This document shows positions 13,408 to 27,940 of a stretch of DNA of 64,000 nt, piece by piece. Each line of letters starts with the position of its first letter. Position 1 is the stretch's first letter. This DNA comes from Blasia pusilla. Taxonomy: Eukaryota. Under the pieces are notes generated by a model. That model saw only the letters and a program-made list of their open reading frames with translations. It was not told where the DNA came from and did no database searches. The stretch is from the NCBI GenBank assembly GCA_050084515.1, contig CM114271.1:28334001-28398000 (forward strand), in the 5' to 3' direction. A program made the position numbers and the translations under genes.

Positions 13408-16400
13408 ATGTCAGGGTTTCCTGCCGCTACGGGCGGTGGGTTTTCTTCTTTTTCGTTCGGAACGGGTTCAGCCCCATCGCCGGGCTTCGGTAATCCTGCT
13501 CCCAGTGCTGCTTCTAGTGCGTCGCCATCAGGAGGTTTGTTTGGATCAACTCCACCTACATTCTCGTTTGGCAGTGCAACAGGATCGTCCTTCAGCGGGG
13601 GTTTTGGAACTCTAGGCGCCGGAACTGGAGCCTTCGGAGCATCCACCGCTGCTGCAACTTCAACTTTCGGAGCATCCACAGGAACCCCTGCCTTCGGATC
13701 ATCCACAGGAACTCCTGCCTTCGGAGCATCATCAGGAACTCCAGCATTCGGAGCGACGACTGGAACTCCGGCTTTCGGAACGTCTACTGGAGCGCCATCA
13801 TTCGGTGCATCTACGGGAATTTCAGGATTCGGAGCAGCCACAGGAACTCCAGCACTTGGAACATCGTTGGGAACTCCAGCTTTCGGGGCCTCCACGGGAA
13901 GTTCAGCCTTCGGAGTTGCAGGGGCAGGATCTCAGAGCGGATTCGGATCGGCTCCTGCTACAAGTGCTGCAGGGAGCTCTTTTGGTACCCCTGCTACCTC
14001 ATCCTTGTTTGGAGGAGCGTCGACGCAGCCTGCAGCCTCTGCCCCTAGTTTCTCTTTTTCCCAGCCTTCGGGTTCTGCTGCCTCCCCTTCAATATTTGGT
14101 GCACCTTCTGCTCCGTTCGCTAGTCCATTTTCTCAGAGTGGTACTGCCAACGCCACTCAGTCTTCATTATCTGTTTTTGGTAGCGCCGTTAACAGCGGAT
14201 CTTCGACATCTGGACAATCTGGTTTTTCGTTTGGGAGTGCGCCACTTAACTTCAGCTCGAAGCCTCTGATTCCTTCCTCTTCACAGCCCTCGTCCACCAC
14301 TCCTGCTGCTGGGTTTTCAGCCCCTGCCTCTAGTTTCGGATCTGGTAGTAAGCTCGGGATTGCGACGACTCCGACGTTCGGCGCCAATCCCCCCGGAGGA
14401 TCTCCGTCGGGTGCTTCTCCTGCGAATCCTGTCTCTGCTCCTGCTTTCACAGCCGCTTCATCATCTGCGGCGGGAGTGACATCTAGCTTTGGATTTGGAA
14501 GCAATCCTGCGAATCCCGTCGGGGAATCTTTCAATGCCAATCCGAGTGCAGCCCCTTCGAATATCAACTCAGGTGGCACATTTTCTGGATTCAGCTTCTC
14601 GGGGAATTCTTCTTCCCAACCTGCTTCTACATCCACTTTCGGAACGCCATCCAGCGCAGCCGCCGTGCAATTTCCTTCTTCTGCCACCCCAACTTCTAGT
14701 TCTCTATCTACCTCAGGTGCACCTCCAATGTTCGGTTCCGCAGCTTCTTCCGCCCTTTCTATGCCTTCATCGTCCGCACTTTCAGTCAATCCCAGCGCTC
14801 CGTCCTCAGGTCCTTCTCTATTCCCTTCTGGACAACTATCTTTTTCCACATCTGGGCTCAGTTCCAGCTCGGACCAGTCGACCTTAGTAGCATCTGGAGC
14901 TTCTCAACCAGGAGAAGCGAAAAGTGGCTTCTTTGGTGGAGCTGGGTCTGCGTCATCTCCATTCAGCTTCTCAGTGCCAGCTAAGGCAATTGGTCAATCC
15001 ACTCCAGCTGGATCAACCGCTGGGTCATTGGTCACTGGTAAGGGTTTTATCTTTCGACTTGGGAGGAAATACCCGAACAGCTAACTCCTTCCTCACGAAA
15101 TTTCATACGGGTTTTCCGTGGGACCAGACTTGTCAGGAGACGTCCAGGTCATTTCGTTTGAGCCGCAATGTCTGTTGCCAGTCTTGATAGGTGGTTCTGG
15201 AATAACCTGTTGGACTTTGTCACAATCGTCAGTTTTCCCCTGGAAGTCACTTGTCCAAGACTTACCTGGATTGGACTAATAAGAGAAGCTAGTGGCCTTT
15301 TTTTAAAAGAAGTTATTGTTGGGATTAATTTTTATTTTATCTGATTATTGGTATGACTTGAAGTTCTCCCGGAAATGTTTCTTGGCAGTGTCTCAATCAA
15401 GTACCAGTACTACTGGAGGTGCACTAGGTTCCTTCAAATTTGCTGTAGGTGCCAGTTCCTCAGCTCCAACATCAAACACTGGAGTAGGATCTTTGACTGG
15501 AACAGCAAGTGCACCTGCTACGACGTCTACTATAGCCACAATTTCCCCAGGCTCGCAGTAAGCATGTTTGCAAGTTGGAACCCTGTCAAATGCCAAAATA
15601 TAGTCTGCAATATTATGTCATTTTAATGTAAATTAAGGTTAATGCTAGCATGTCAATTGCTGGTGGATATCCCTTTTACTCCCACCTTGGAACTGGAACT
15701 TCTCAGTGAAGATTGTGTCAGTTACACAGGGATTGGAAGTAAAAAACTCGAGTTCCTATAGTAAACTCCAGTTTTCAGGTTTTTTAGAGAATCACCCGGT
15801 GTGTGGAGGAGTCCTCATGAACAATTTAAATTGTGTAAATTTGGGAAGATTTAAGATGTGGAAGCTTCAATCTATCAGTCGGAGAGGATGAGGATACAAT
15901 GAGGTTGATAGATAAGCTGATCCTCTTGTGAAAGCACTCAGAGATTGACTACCCAATTGACTTTCCTGATATGTAGGGGTGAAATGGGTGCTGGGACATG
16001 GGAGGGTAGTGAACTACTATTATTATGTGTGCAAAATTTGAAGGTTTTTGACCTGTTCTCGATGTTTGACATTGGCTATGTTGAAGATGCAATGGATATT
16101 GGTGGAGTTTACAGTGTCAGCGCTTCAATTTTAATACTTCACTTGAATGACACATCTTCTGTGGATGTTGAGCAGGACAGCAGGAAGTTTAACTCCAGCA
16201 GTCCAGCGCACACCTCGACCGCCATCAGAAATAACAGGAAAAACTGTAGAGGAGGTGAGGGTCGTCTTTAAGAACAATGCCAATTTCTGTGTTCTTGCAG
16301 ACACCACAGGTTGCGAATTCAGATTCTCTCCGTTGTATTCCTGGTTTGAGTTTTTATTTACCCATCAGGATTCATTCTCTTCAATACACATCTAGGTGTA

Positions 16401-18611
16401 AAACTAAGGGGACTACAAACTGAAAATTCTGAAATCTGGTTTGCTTGGGAGATCTCATCCCAGCAGTTTCTGATATGTACTTTGGAAACAACCTTGCCCT
16501 CCATGAACATGGGACTCTCTTCCATTTGTATGTTGGATAGATAATCAAAGAGTGGACTCGGGAGCTCCAAGACCGAACAGGAAAATTCAGGAAACATGCC
16601 GAATCACTAGGTGAATGGGACCGGAGGATCATCAGCAACAGAAATGTACTCATCAAAGTGGAGGTGTGCATTCTTTGTCAAACAGCACGTTTTCTAGTTG
16701 TGGGCTGAAACGAGTGTTGACAATTTTGTCCTTCAATTTCATATCAGTGGAGCATGATTGTGTGGTCCTAAGAAGGGTTTGTTGTGAATTTCTTGTAACT
16801 GATTCCCACTATTGAGTGGTAGACTTTCCCTCAACAGTATTCTGGTTGAAGAAAAAATCACTAGTCTGGAACTCTTTTAACTTCATTTCATGAGGTGGAT
16901 AGCTTGAAAAAGGGAACCTTTAGTTTGTTAGTACTCCCCTGCCTCATATATACCTTGTAGCTGTGTTGCCTTCGACCAAGCTGTCACACTGTTTCTAGCA
17001 ATTCACGTGTCTTAGGTCATTTCCTCTTTCTGCGTTTCCCCTATCCAAACAGTGCTGGAATCAATGCCTGTTTACACCCTGCAGTTCATTCTGAATTTTA
17101 TTTTGTGGTCTCTGCTTATGATCAATCAGTTTGTCTTTCCTCTCTGTGCCTAGTGACTGGGATGGATGTGTTATACAGCTCCATATTGTCTTGATGTAAA
17201 GGGACAGGATGCTGAAGGGTGTTGGCTTGTGCAAGATGGGAATGCCAGTAAGCTAACTTTTTTGTTTTTCCTGGTCAGGAATTTCTAGATTTTTGTCAGT
17301 GATCTTCTTATTCCCCCTTTAACATTCTTCAGATTTTGAGGAGGTTCATCTTTCTCTGTACGGCCTATTGCTTTCCTTTGTAAGACGTATATACTTTATG
17401 TTAACATCCAGATTCAGGTTATTATTTGTGACCTTTTCCCCACTTTATGACTTTCTGTCAGCCAGTAATGGACTATTTTATGTCTCTTCTACATTGAGTT
17501 ATGTGGTAAATGACTGAAAACCCTTCCACCTTTAAACTTCAGTCAAGAATTTACCACTATTTTATGACTCACATGCTGCTCATTGTGACTGTTTGCAGAG
17601 TGAGGTCGCAAAGGTTGTAGAATCCCAGCATAGTCTTGAAAGACAACTGGAGCTGATTGAGACTCATCAACAAGAGGTAACATATTCAAATTTAATTTAC
17701 CATTTTGAACCTACCAGCTTACATTGATTTTAGTTTTTTGAAGTTCTCCCATTTCAACTGAAGGTGAAGCTTATTCTCTTACACCCTGGAATTAGAGGAA
17801 AGGGGGCGGAGCAATGTAGTGAAGTGGGAAGAGGCCAAATATCTTCTCTGATTCCAACCTTCAGGGTTGGGAAGGTGCAGTCAAGTTCACCTAATTTTGA
17901 ATCTTATAGACTTCCCCTCTATGTTCCATACGGTTTCAGCTAACTGGGCTCCTGTAGAATAATTTGGCCAAATTAATAGCTGAAGTTGTGTCATCAATAG
18001 TTTCAACGTATGAGTCTTATTAGTATGAGGAATCCTGTGTCTTATGAAGGGAAAGCTTGACAGTCTTCTTTAATGAACATGTGCAATGACACCATTCCTA
18101 AGGGCTATTTCTTCCGAGAGATTCCTGTGTGGGTTAGCTCTAGGTGAGAGGATCTGCCTATTGACTAAAGGCTTGTGACATGTACCTGTTAACCATGTTT
18201 AGCCAAATACCTTCTTGGTGACAGGTTGAAAAAGCACTGGAAAGTATGGAGGATGAAGCTGAAAGACTGTATCGTGAAGAACGGGTTGGTCTTCTGGAAA
18301 ATGAAGCTGCGGCAACCAGGGACAGGATGTTCCATCAAGCAGAGTTTGTGGAAAGAGAATTGGAACGTTTAGGATCTAAACTTAAAGACACCATTCAAAA
18401 TATCAATGCAACTCAGGGTGGGGATTTACATGTGGTGGATGGAGCGAGTCCTTTGGACTTAGTAGTGCGAATTCTCAACAATCAGTTAAGCTCTCTACTG
18501 TGGATTGATGAAAAATCTGGGGAGCTTGCTGATCGCATACAAACCCTGGTGTCTGATCAAGCGGCTCATCATGACCGAGGTTTTGCTGGTTCCCGCATCA
18601 GAGGAGCTTAA
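13408..18611 (+). CDS. NUP62: Nuclear pore FG-nucleoporin NUP62/Nsp1. Exons approx 13408-15037, 15389-15557, 16176-16254, 16541-16663, 17599-17676, 18225-18611
   Basis: Long FG/FxFG-repeat N-terminus, then Nsp1_C coiled coil: PSEITGKTVEE|IIKEWTRELQDRTGKFRKHAESLGEWDRRII...LERQLELIETHQQE|VEKAL...PLDLVVRILNNQLSSLLWIDEK. GT-AG junctions keep the frame. Confidence 0.95.
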
Positions 18612-20599
18612 GATTATGTCAAAGGAGAGACTGTTGAATTGGCATGTTACTCTGACAGCGTTTGCACAGAACACTGCTGAAGTCTGCTCCATATGGCGTG
18701 CCATCAAAATAGATGGTGAAGAGGATGTTTAGAAGGCCTCCAAAGCAAGTGAGATCCATGCATCCCTTGCAAGTACTTACAGCATTGCAGTCTGTTGGCG
18801 TTCGGGTCAAGGGAGTTGTCAAGGTGAGAACATGATCGGTAGATGCATGTTCGAAACCTAGGCTTTTCTGCACCTTTCCGCCAGCTCCAAGGGCCTCTTC
18901 ACTATAATCATGCACTTGGGAAAATCATGAGCATCTATTTCAAATCCCAGGTATGGTATTCACCATTTGAATATTTTGGAATGCAAGATTCACCTCATCA
19001 ACACTTTGATTGACATGAAATAGGTCCATTTTGAGTCTACTCTCTGCATTCAGTTCTTGTATCCGAGTGCCCACGAGGCTGTAGATGTTAGCGTTGGAGA
19101 AATTTCTGAGTTACCTTTGGTAGTGTTAGCTGGTAGTGAAAGAAACCCCATTTCCAAAGGTCAAGTTAGACGGTTAGAATAGTGATGTTCATGGGCAATC
19201 TACAGAAACTTAGTTATCTTCTGGAAATGTCCAGCGGCTCATATGTACCTGAAGAATATGGGCGTTACTCTAAATGCTAAGCAGCATCTTTGTACCTGAA
19301 GACAAAGGGCTAAACTCAGAGGGTGAGAAATTAGAGGTCCCCTTCAGAGAAAAGGAATGGTGTGCAAATTTCAAATGCGAGACCAGGCCGATCTTTTTTG
19401 ACTTGAAACTTAAGTGCTGTGTAGTTTCTTTGGTCATCCCACTACTAGATTTCTCCAAATCTTCAGTGCTAGTAAAACGGTTCATAGATTGAGGGTCGTT
19501 CCTCAAGCTTTCACCACTGTCGTTTGCAAGAGATCTTGAAGGTTTTTGTCACGACCTTCAGAGTGGTGGCCAACAGCGCGTTCATCATTTCAGTGGTAGA
19601 TGTGAAGTCATTGGCCATTATGTATAACTATTTGATCTATTTTCAATGAAATATTCGAAAGTCTGATCTATTCATATAGTAATGCGACACTAGTGCGATG
19701 ACCAGGTAATAGGGATGTAATGGGACCTGGGACGATGAAACTCCTATCATTGAATACTGTTTCCACCATTGTGGTGGGAAACTCTAAGAAAACTAACGTA
19801 AGAAGGAAGAAGCCTTTTTGTACATAAAACAATTCCGCTTGGAGACTTCAGGCTGGATATTTCATGCCCAGGAGACGGCACATTACACTGAAAACTTCTG
19901 TGAGGAGTAAAAGCTTCGGGGCCGAAGTTTCAAACGCGACATTAATTAGGCAGACTGCTTAAAAACTGAGTGCCGTGTACTTTGTACGCACATCGCAGAT
20001 CGTGTACAATACTCACCAAAATTGTGTAAACAGTGCATCGAAAGTGGCTTGTTTAGCCAGCCGATATCCTACCTCTGTATTTGACCAGCGATGGAACACT
20101 GGCCATAGCCACTCACGCACTCGTCTCAAGGAAGGCTCATATGGTGAGTGCTGGGAGTAATAGTGTCCAACTCTTCGGGAGGCTTTTGCAAAGTATAGGA
20201 CTATTACTGGAATAAGTGATGTTTTAGGGGAAAGTGGAAGGTTTTTACCTTTCATTTTACTTCCGGAAAATTTTTATTTGACAATTAAATTCTGAATTTC
20301 TTTTTTCCTTTTCCATAATTCCTGCTTTTGGCGTTGCCTAAATTTTAGCGAATACTTGAGCTAAACATAGATGATTTCTTTTCTAGAGGTAACGTTAGGA
20401 AGTCACTCATATTCACCACAATCCCAAATCTGTTATACCTTCTAAATCACTTCTTAAAGTCATCTTTAAGAATTGTCAAAACTCCCACCAATTGGAAGCC
20501 AAGGTTACTTCCCCTCTTAATACTTGGAGCTTTGTGGCTCCAAGTAATCAAGCACGGTCCTACTTCTTAAAGTCTTCTAATTTGTAGATACTTGAGTGG

Positions 20600-22640
20600 C
20601 TTTCACTTCTTCACCAAAATCAGAGGAAGATCAATCCTCAAAACAACATCTAAGTACTTGGTGGTCAACATGTTGCGAGAGTTAGTCTTTATCATTTTTA
20701 TGAATGGTCTCATATACGGCAGCCCTAACAGAATTGGACTCTAACTATATTTGCCAAAATCAACAAATTGGAAAATTTATATTGTATGGAGGGACTCTAA
20801 CTTAACATAGTCCACAAGTATGTGAAATTACGATAATTTCATTTAGTGGTAGCCATCAATTTGAAAGACTGAAACTCTTGTTTAATAATTGGAGAATTAG
20901 TGACACTTGGCTGCAAATGACCGTGTAATGGAGATTGAGCTCCGAACAGACCACACAAGTCATCTAAATCTTTACGTCCCCAACTATTCACTCCTACTTG
21001 CAGAGAAGGCATGTGTAGAGGGTTGAGGATTCTCATTGGACCATTGGGGTTGTTATCTCGAAATCGTTCTTGTAAAGTTGCACACACCTTTTCAGCAAAC
21101 TTTTTATTAAAGAATAAGGTAGTCTCCAAGTCCCATCTTGTCCGATCTTGACATATTTATGCTATGAAATTTGTTTCCCCTCATCTGAGATTGTCAGTGA
21201 TGAAGATAACCACCAGGTGGCCTGAAGTCAAGAAGTCAATGGTAACCTGTATCTTCAGAGAAGGTTGAAGCGTTCAAGTCATGAGTTTCCATGGCAAAAT
21301 TCATGGTAATCCTAGCTATCTCCACATTGACAATGCTCCCTATAGAGCTAACATCCACAAACTTGTACTGAAATATCTTACTCAAATTTGCAAGCATGGA
21401 AAGAATATCAGCCAAAAATTACAATTGATTGATCATTTGGAATGATGTTGAATAAATTCACACCATTCCCATCGTCCTATAAAGGGGAAATACCTCTAAA
21501 GTATGTTATTACTGATTCTAAAAAATCACACAATGTGGTTATTGCTTGCCAATGGGATAACCATCGAATCTTGTGGTATCTCTTCATGACTCGCTGAGAG
21601 TCTTCCTGCAAAGATGCTAGAATTGTTTTCCTCCTAGAAAACCTTGTAAAGTAACTAGCTACAACATTGAGAATTGAATCAACTTTTGAGGATATTAACT
21701 TGCAATCAAGAGCTTTCGCAATTGACAAAGCAACCATATTAGTTCTATGGGATACACAATGAATTGAAAGAATATATGGTTTACCTTCTGCCTCATTTGG
21801 GATATTACCCCTATCTTGCTACCTACCATTTTTTATGCACCATCTGAACCAAATGCTATCATTTTGGAGAATTCCAACCCTCCATCTTTAATTAGTTGCA
21901 GCAAGGTTTCAATAATAATATTAAAACATTTTGATTCACAGCGAAGTAATTCTAGAAAACAACATTCTGCTTGGCCCTCTTCAATGAAAGTGGCAAACAC
22001 GACCAAATGCCCTGTTACAGATATGTCAGTTGACTCATCGATCGTAATTCCAAAGAAAGGAGAGGCTTGAACTCTAGCGAGAGTTCTTCTATGCAGAACT
22101 TGGCTAATGAAATAAGACATTTCACTACAACTCTTTTCATCTTGGTATAAGTCTTTGGCAATAGGAACATTGACAAAAATTAGCAACTTACAGATTGGAA
22201 AATTTTAAAAATGGCATAGCCTCCTTTGCAAGGAAGTATGCGCATTTAAACAATGTCAGGAAAGCGACTTCGTAAGTTCGGTTGGTTGTGGCAATAGCCT
22301 TTGCCATCCACTTCTTACCCCCATTTGCACCCTATGAAAGCTTAATGTGCTCGTTGGACTTGGCATGATGAGTAAAGGCTGAAACCTTGCAATTAATTGC
22401 TCAATCTCTAGCAAAGACACCCTTCCCCTTTCCCTTCCTACAAAATTTACAAAACATTCTACCAAGCACTCATTCAAAATCAATCCAATCAAACATTGAG
22501 TACTAGACATCCTTCCATGCTACACGAACTTTTTCAGATAAAGTTGCACCACTTCTGGATGGAGGTTGCTTGTCTCTTTCATCAGATGAGGTAGAAAATG
22601 TGATAATGTTAGGCCCATCATCTATAGGTTCCTTACCTAG
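20600..22640 (-). mobile_element. Decayed hAT-superfamily (ZNF862-like) transposase
   Basis: SPFFGITIDESTDIS (catalytic D), FGSDGA, SIHCVSHR (CxxH), RWLS, and a C-terminal dimerisation-like IKTNSRNML segment. Many stops and frameshifts; TIRs not identified. Confidence 0.85.
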
Positions 22641-23229
22641 AAACGCAATCATTATCTTTTGTCTCTTGGCCATGTGCACTTATGAGCAACTACCAACCAA
22701 TGTCTAACCCGATCTAGACTAAAATCTGTAAACCTCAAAGTAAACCCAACAACGAGGAGAGTTAATGAAAAGATTTGGCTCGTTGGATAGAGAGTGCAGC
22801 TAAGCAGAGCATCGGCAATCCAAAACTCAGAAACCAAAATTTTTTTTTTTTTGGGGGGCACATACAAAGAAATGTAGTGGAAAGTCTCGCTAGAATGTCC
22901 ACGCTACAAATATAGCTGCCCTAAATCCATCCCAAAATTGCGTATAGAGCCCCAAATCCACCCCAAAGATTCATGGAAAGCCCCAAAGATTCGCTGCTCC
23001 GAAAGTGTGGCAATACATAATGACCCTAAAACGAAGCAAAGCACGAAGCGAAGCAAGAGCGGCGGAAGCAAAGCAAGAGTGGCACGTTCAATGGAAGTGT
23101 GGCACTACCATGTGTGCAGTGCGGATCGGGATTCGCAAGACTCCAAGTCCAAGAGCAAAACAAACAAAGCAAAGTTTGGATTGGCGCATTCAGATCTTGA
23201 GAGCCCGCAATTGTGCAATAGAAAACAAA

Positions 23230-23600
23230 AAGCAAAGGGAATGACGGTGAGTTTTGTGACAAAGACCGTAACTCAGAGAGAGCAAGTGTGTTGCGTGTAC
23301 TAGGGATCATAGCTAAAATGAACAAAGTAGGCCCCGTAGCTCGAACTCTGCGGATGGGCACGTTCGAAACTGGAGAGCCCATAACTGTGCAAAACAAAAC
23401 GAAAAGCGAAAGAACAGAGGGCCCGCAGCTCGGCCTCTCAGACTCTGGGGATGGGCCCATTCACAATAGGAGAGCCGTAGCTGTATAAAGCAAAAAGAAT
23501 AGAAAAATAACGGTGACTTTTTAGACAGGTCCCGCAACTCGGACTCTCGGAGAGAGCAAGTGTGGTGCGTGCACTAGGGCCCCTAGTTCGGAGAGAGAAG
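23230..23600. repeat. Diverged direct repeat (~270 bp spacing), probably subterminal TE sequence
   Basis: ACGGTGA...AGAGAGCAAGTGTG(T/G)TGCGTG(T/C)ACTAGGG occurs at ~23244-23305 and ~23510-23580. Confidence 0.5.
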
Positions 23601-26600
23601 TATGCTACCTGCATTCTGCAACAAGGAAAAGAAAAGGTTTCAGACGGGGTCCGCTGCTCGGAGAGACAAGAGTGCAGAAGAAAGAAAGTAAGGGAATGAG
23701 CCGTGGAGAGCCCCGCGGTGGGTCTCTTGATAGCTTCTCCCCTAAGCCACCCCTTCGTATGGCTTGTTTGGCATAGAGCCATCCAATCAAGATCTGACGG
23801 ACCACATTAGGCCCATTTAGGGCAGGTAGGGCAGATGTTTGAATGAATGGCCATCTCCCCTCAATGCAACCATGCCGTCCATAACCCTAGATAATCACAC
23901 TTCATAATCAGTTTTTCGGCTGTTGGGAAGTAATTCGGCCACAAATTGTCCATATGAAATCTCGTCTCAGACAAAAACCGGCAGCCCATCCCGTCTGGCT
24001 ACATTTCCTGGTTAGTTCTATCCAGAAATCAATACTATTCCAGCGTCGTACATGTATGCCCGTCAATTGTCGGAATCCTCTTACATTCTGCGGGAAACCT
24101 TGCCAGTAACCTAACAATGAGGTCGATAAATCTCAACAATTTCTAGTCGGGGTTACTCGTAAACTCGGATCTCTCCATAACAACCCAACTTTGTCATTAA
24201 TCAAACCTCCGAGAAGGGTGGGGAGAGAGCGATACGTGGATAGGCTACATGCATATCAAATGTGTATGTTGGATCAAAATGTGCATAAGAGACATGGATA
24301 AATTTTTTTTTGGGAATAAGGGACGTAGTAAATAGGATTTTACATGCTTGTATTCATTTTTGAAGAATTTAATTATTTACAATGCAGATTTAAAATTGTA
24401 ACACATACTATATTAAGACCTAGTAGTTAGTATACTAGAGGATTTTTGGTTGAGATTTCTATTACGGGAATTATTCAACCAAAAGATAATTTAAGCACAT
24501 TGGGTACGCTTACACATTGGGCACTCTTCTCAATCTACCAGTACTCATGTGTGGGTGAGATGTCATTGGGCATTGGGCATAAATTGTCAATATGTTATAT
24601 TAATTAATGAAATGATTGTTGATGTTTGATCAAACATTCAAATCTATAATTTACTCAATTAGTAATTTAGGGTTTAGGGCAATATACCTAGATGAGAGAA
24701 TGAAAATGAAAAAATACATAATGAAAAGGCCTACAAAATGGCAAGGACTCTAATGCTACCCATATATACCAATGAATTCCCAAAGATGGAAATATGATCA
24801 TGAAAGTTTTGGGGTTGAAATTTGATTTCATACGAGAAAAAATTGGATTGGATGTTTCTTGCTGAATATTTCAATCAACCAAAATTTCATCTTAAAAACT
24901 TCCAGATAGATATTCTTGGTTGAATAATTCCCAAAATAGAAATCTATCTCACCTACAAAATTCCACGTAGTATTCTTTTTGTGAGCTCAAGAAACGAATA
25001 CCTACAATATGCAAAATCTTTTTCTAGGTCTCAAATTTCTGGACCTTAAAATATCTTAAGCTGATACAAATAATAATATCATTAAATGAGGAACACCTAT
25101 CTTGTTATTTGTGATCCTATATGCACAATGAGACAAAATAGTACCAAGCTTACAATTTTATCTCTTAATTCACATTTGGTATTTTGGGAAAGCAAAATGA
25201 ATTTGGATCAAAGAGGGAAATGATTTCATTAATTAAGATTAACTGAGGATTTAGTTCGGGGTATTATTTTGTTGGGGGAGTGGAGGAAGAGATGTTGTTT
25301 AAACTTTTAAGGAGAGGCGGAATTATTTAGGGGAGTGGGACATTATTTAAATTTTAGATGAGGAGTAGAATGTTATTACTCCCTTAAAATTTACAAAAGT
25401 GGACATTAGATTTGAATTTTGAAATGAAAAAAAGTATAGCTTATTTGAAAAAAATCATTTCCATTATTATGTAGATTATTTTGCAAGCGAAATTTTCCTG
25501 TGAAAAAAACACAAGGAGCAACATTTCTTTTAATAGACACAGAAAAGGAATCATAATATTACATATGAGGACATATGTATGGAATATTTAATCATTCCAT
25601 TTTGATTTTAATTTGAAGACAGGAGGCTATTTCATCTTGGAATATTTGAAACTAAATCAATTTTATAATAGAATGATGAGTGGTATCTTTTTGGGTTGAG
25701 CTATTTCTAGGATAAATTTTAAATAAAATAAATTGAAAATTTGAAAAAGTTCCATCATCTTAAAAGTTGAATATGTGCTTAGGAGAGGCCATGGCATTTC
25801 GCAAGCATTCTTAAATTTTTTCTCATTAAAAAATAAAAATCTTCATTCGAAAAAAAACTATACAAATTCAGTTTTTTCTTTTATGCCTAGAAATTTTCTT
25901 ATTTATAAAAATTCATAATATTTAATAAGGGAAAAAATAATCATAAGTAATGAGAAGTAATATTTGTATTTGAATAAAGGGAGACGCATTTAAATAGTCA
26001 TAAGTTGTACATTCCCTAATCCTAATTTCTCTTACAATGTAGAGAAATCTCATTCTCTTTGATTTTCTATGTTCTTTTTTCTCTTAGAGTGTACGATGTA
26101 GCAATATTTTCTTAGATTTTAATTTTAAATTAAATTTCTCTTTTGTGGGAAATTGTCTTCTTATGTCATGTGCTCTTAAATTCACAAGACTCCATGAAAA
26201 AAATGTTTAATGTTAACTTTGTAATAGGGAAGGGAAGAGATAATAGGATGAATTTCTAATAAGAGAAGGCCTCAAAGGAAATCTTTTAAATATATACTTT
26301 TAATAGTGGAGGAGAGAAGAGATAAGGATTCATTTTCAATATGATAGTAGAGGAAAAATAATGAAGAAAATTTAATTGGGGAGTAAGAGATGTAGAACTT
26401 TCTAACCCCGTGATTCATACTCTCTCATGCACAAATCCTTCCTTCTTTATTTCCTTATTTTTATATATAACTATATAAATGAAGGCACAAAGAAAGAATG
26501 ATATCATCCAAGGAGTATCATCTTAAACTAAAATAAATCCTTCTACGGTGCATGATTGAAACACTTTAATTTTTTTCATGGAAGGTAATTGTCCCGTTGG

Positions 26601-27940
26601 AACAATCTATATCGATCTCTCTTGCATTTTTAAAATATTCCAGAAAATCCTCTAAAATGTAGAAAAAGTGAGAGGTATCTCATCATTCTACCTCGAATGT
26701 TTACCTCTTTTAGAATATGCTTTCCATAATAAATAGTCTAATCTCTTTCAATTTAAAATGGATTAAACAACACAATGTTCCATTCATACATTCAGATTTG
26801 ATTAGCTTCATCTTGTGATTTGATTGTTGACAAAAGGGGCATACTTGTGAGGAAAGAAGCCAATGAGCCATCATATGAATCTTAATCATAGCTTTGAAAT
26901 CAATAAGTGGAGAGACTTTAGATGGAAGACACAAACCTTGTTGTGAGAGGAACTTGACACCAATGTAAGGATTTGTCAACCCTTGCAAGCCCCAACGGAA
27001 GGGTTGTAAGACAACTAACCTACAAAATCATGATTTTTTGCCTGATTTTTGCAAGGACTTACAACAAGCTTGCATGTGAATATATCATATGCATTTTTCT
27101 TTTTGCGCTTTAAAGGCATGTGGATTTTTCTTCTTCCAAGACATTTCAACAATCTCTCTTTCCAACATAGGTGATGTTTTGAAGGATAAGCGAGTGTGAT
27201 GGAGCTACATCATGATATGAATGATATTATATGTTATTCAAATGATGTCCAAGAACTTCCTTTCTTCCTTCTTGTTGTAGTAAAACTGATAGTGAAATAA
27301 AAAAATGTGGTTGGTTGTGAGAATCAGGTTGAATTGGATGTCGTTGATCCTAAAGTTTCATAGAGTCATATAGAGGAATGCGATACCCAATGTTGGGAGA
27401 ATTTTTACAGCAAAGTTATCATAAGCAAAGTGCACATAAAGGTTTGGAGATTTTAATGAAGAAACTACATATTGAAGACAAAAGAACTGTAAACCTTTGA
27501 GGAACATTAGAAGCAACTCAAAATTGATCTCTTGGGATAATTGAAATTGCACATGTGATGGATAAAGCTTACAAAAAAAAGAGGTTTTGTAAACTGAAGA
27601 GAGACAAGAGGAATTGGATGAAGAGGATATTGAGATGATAGATCGGGATGACATTTTAATATTTATGATATGTAACTTTTTTTCCTAGAAGTGATTATGT
27701 TGAAGCATGTTAAATATCACCCATATGAGTGGATCATGTTATTTTACCATATCTAGTTCCATTTTAGATTGCATTGTGTCCATCTCTTAGAGGGCGTGTA
27801 AACTACGAGGATCATGCACCACTTGAAACTTCCATTCCCCAAACTATGGATGTTCCCAAGGATGTTCTACCTAGAATCACTACTCCACTTAGGAGGGAAA
27901 TACGAACGGCTAATCACTCTCTTGCTCATCTCGTTCAATA

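Noticed and set aside
13290-14887. Long antisense and alternate-frame ORFs (201, 230, 154 aa) over NUP62
   Set aside because: Shadow ORFs of a low-complexity Ser/Ala/Gly-rich exon.
24250-27900. AT-rich stretch with short ORFs, possibly old TE debris
   Set aside because: No diagnostic motifs recognisable by eye.
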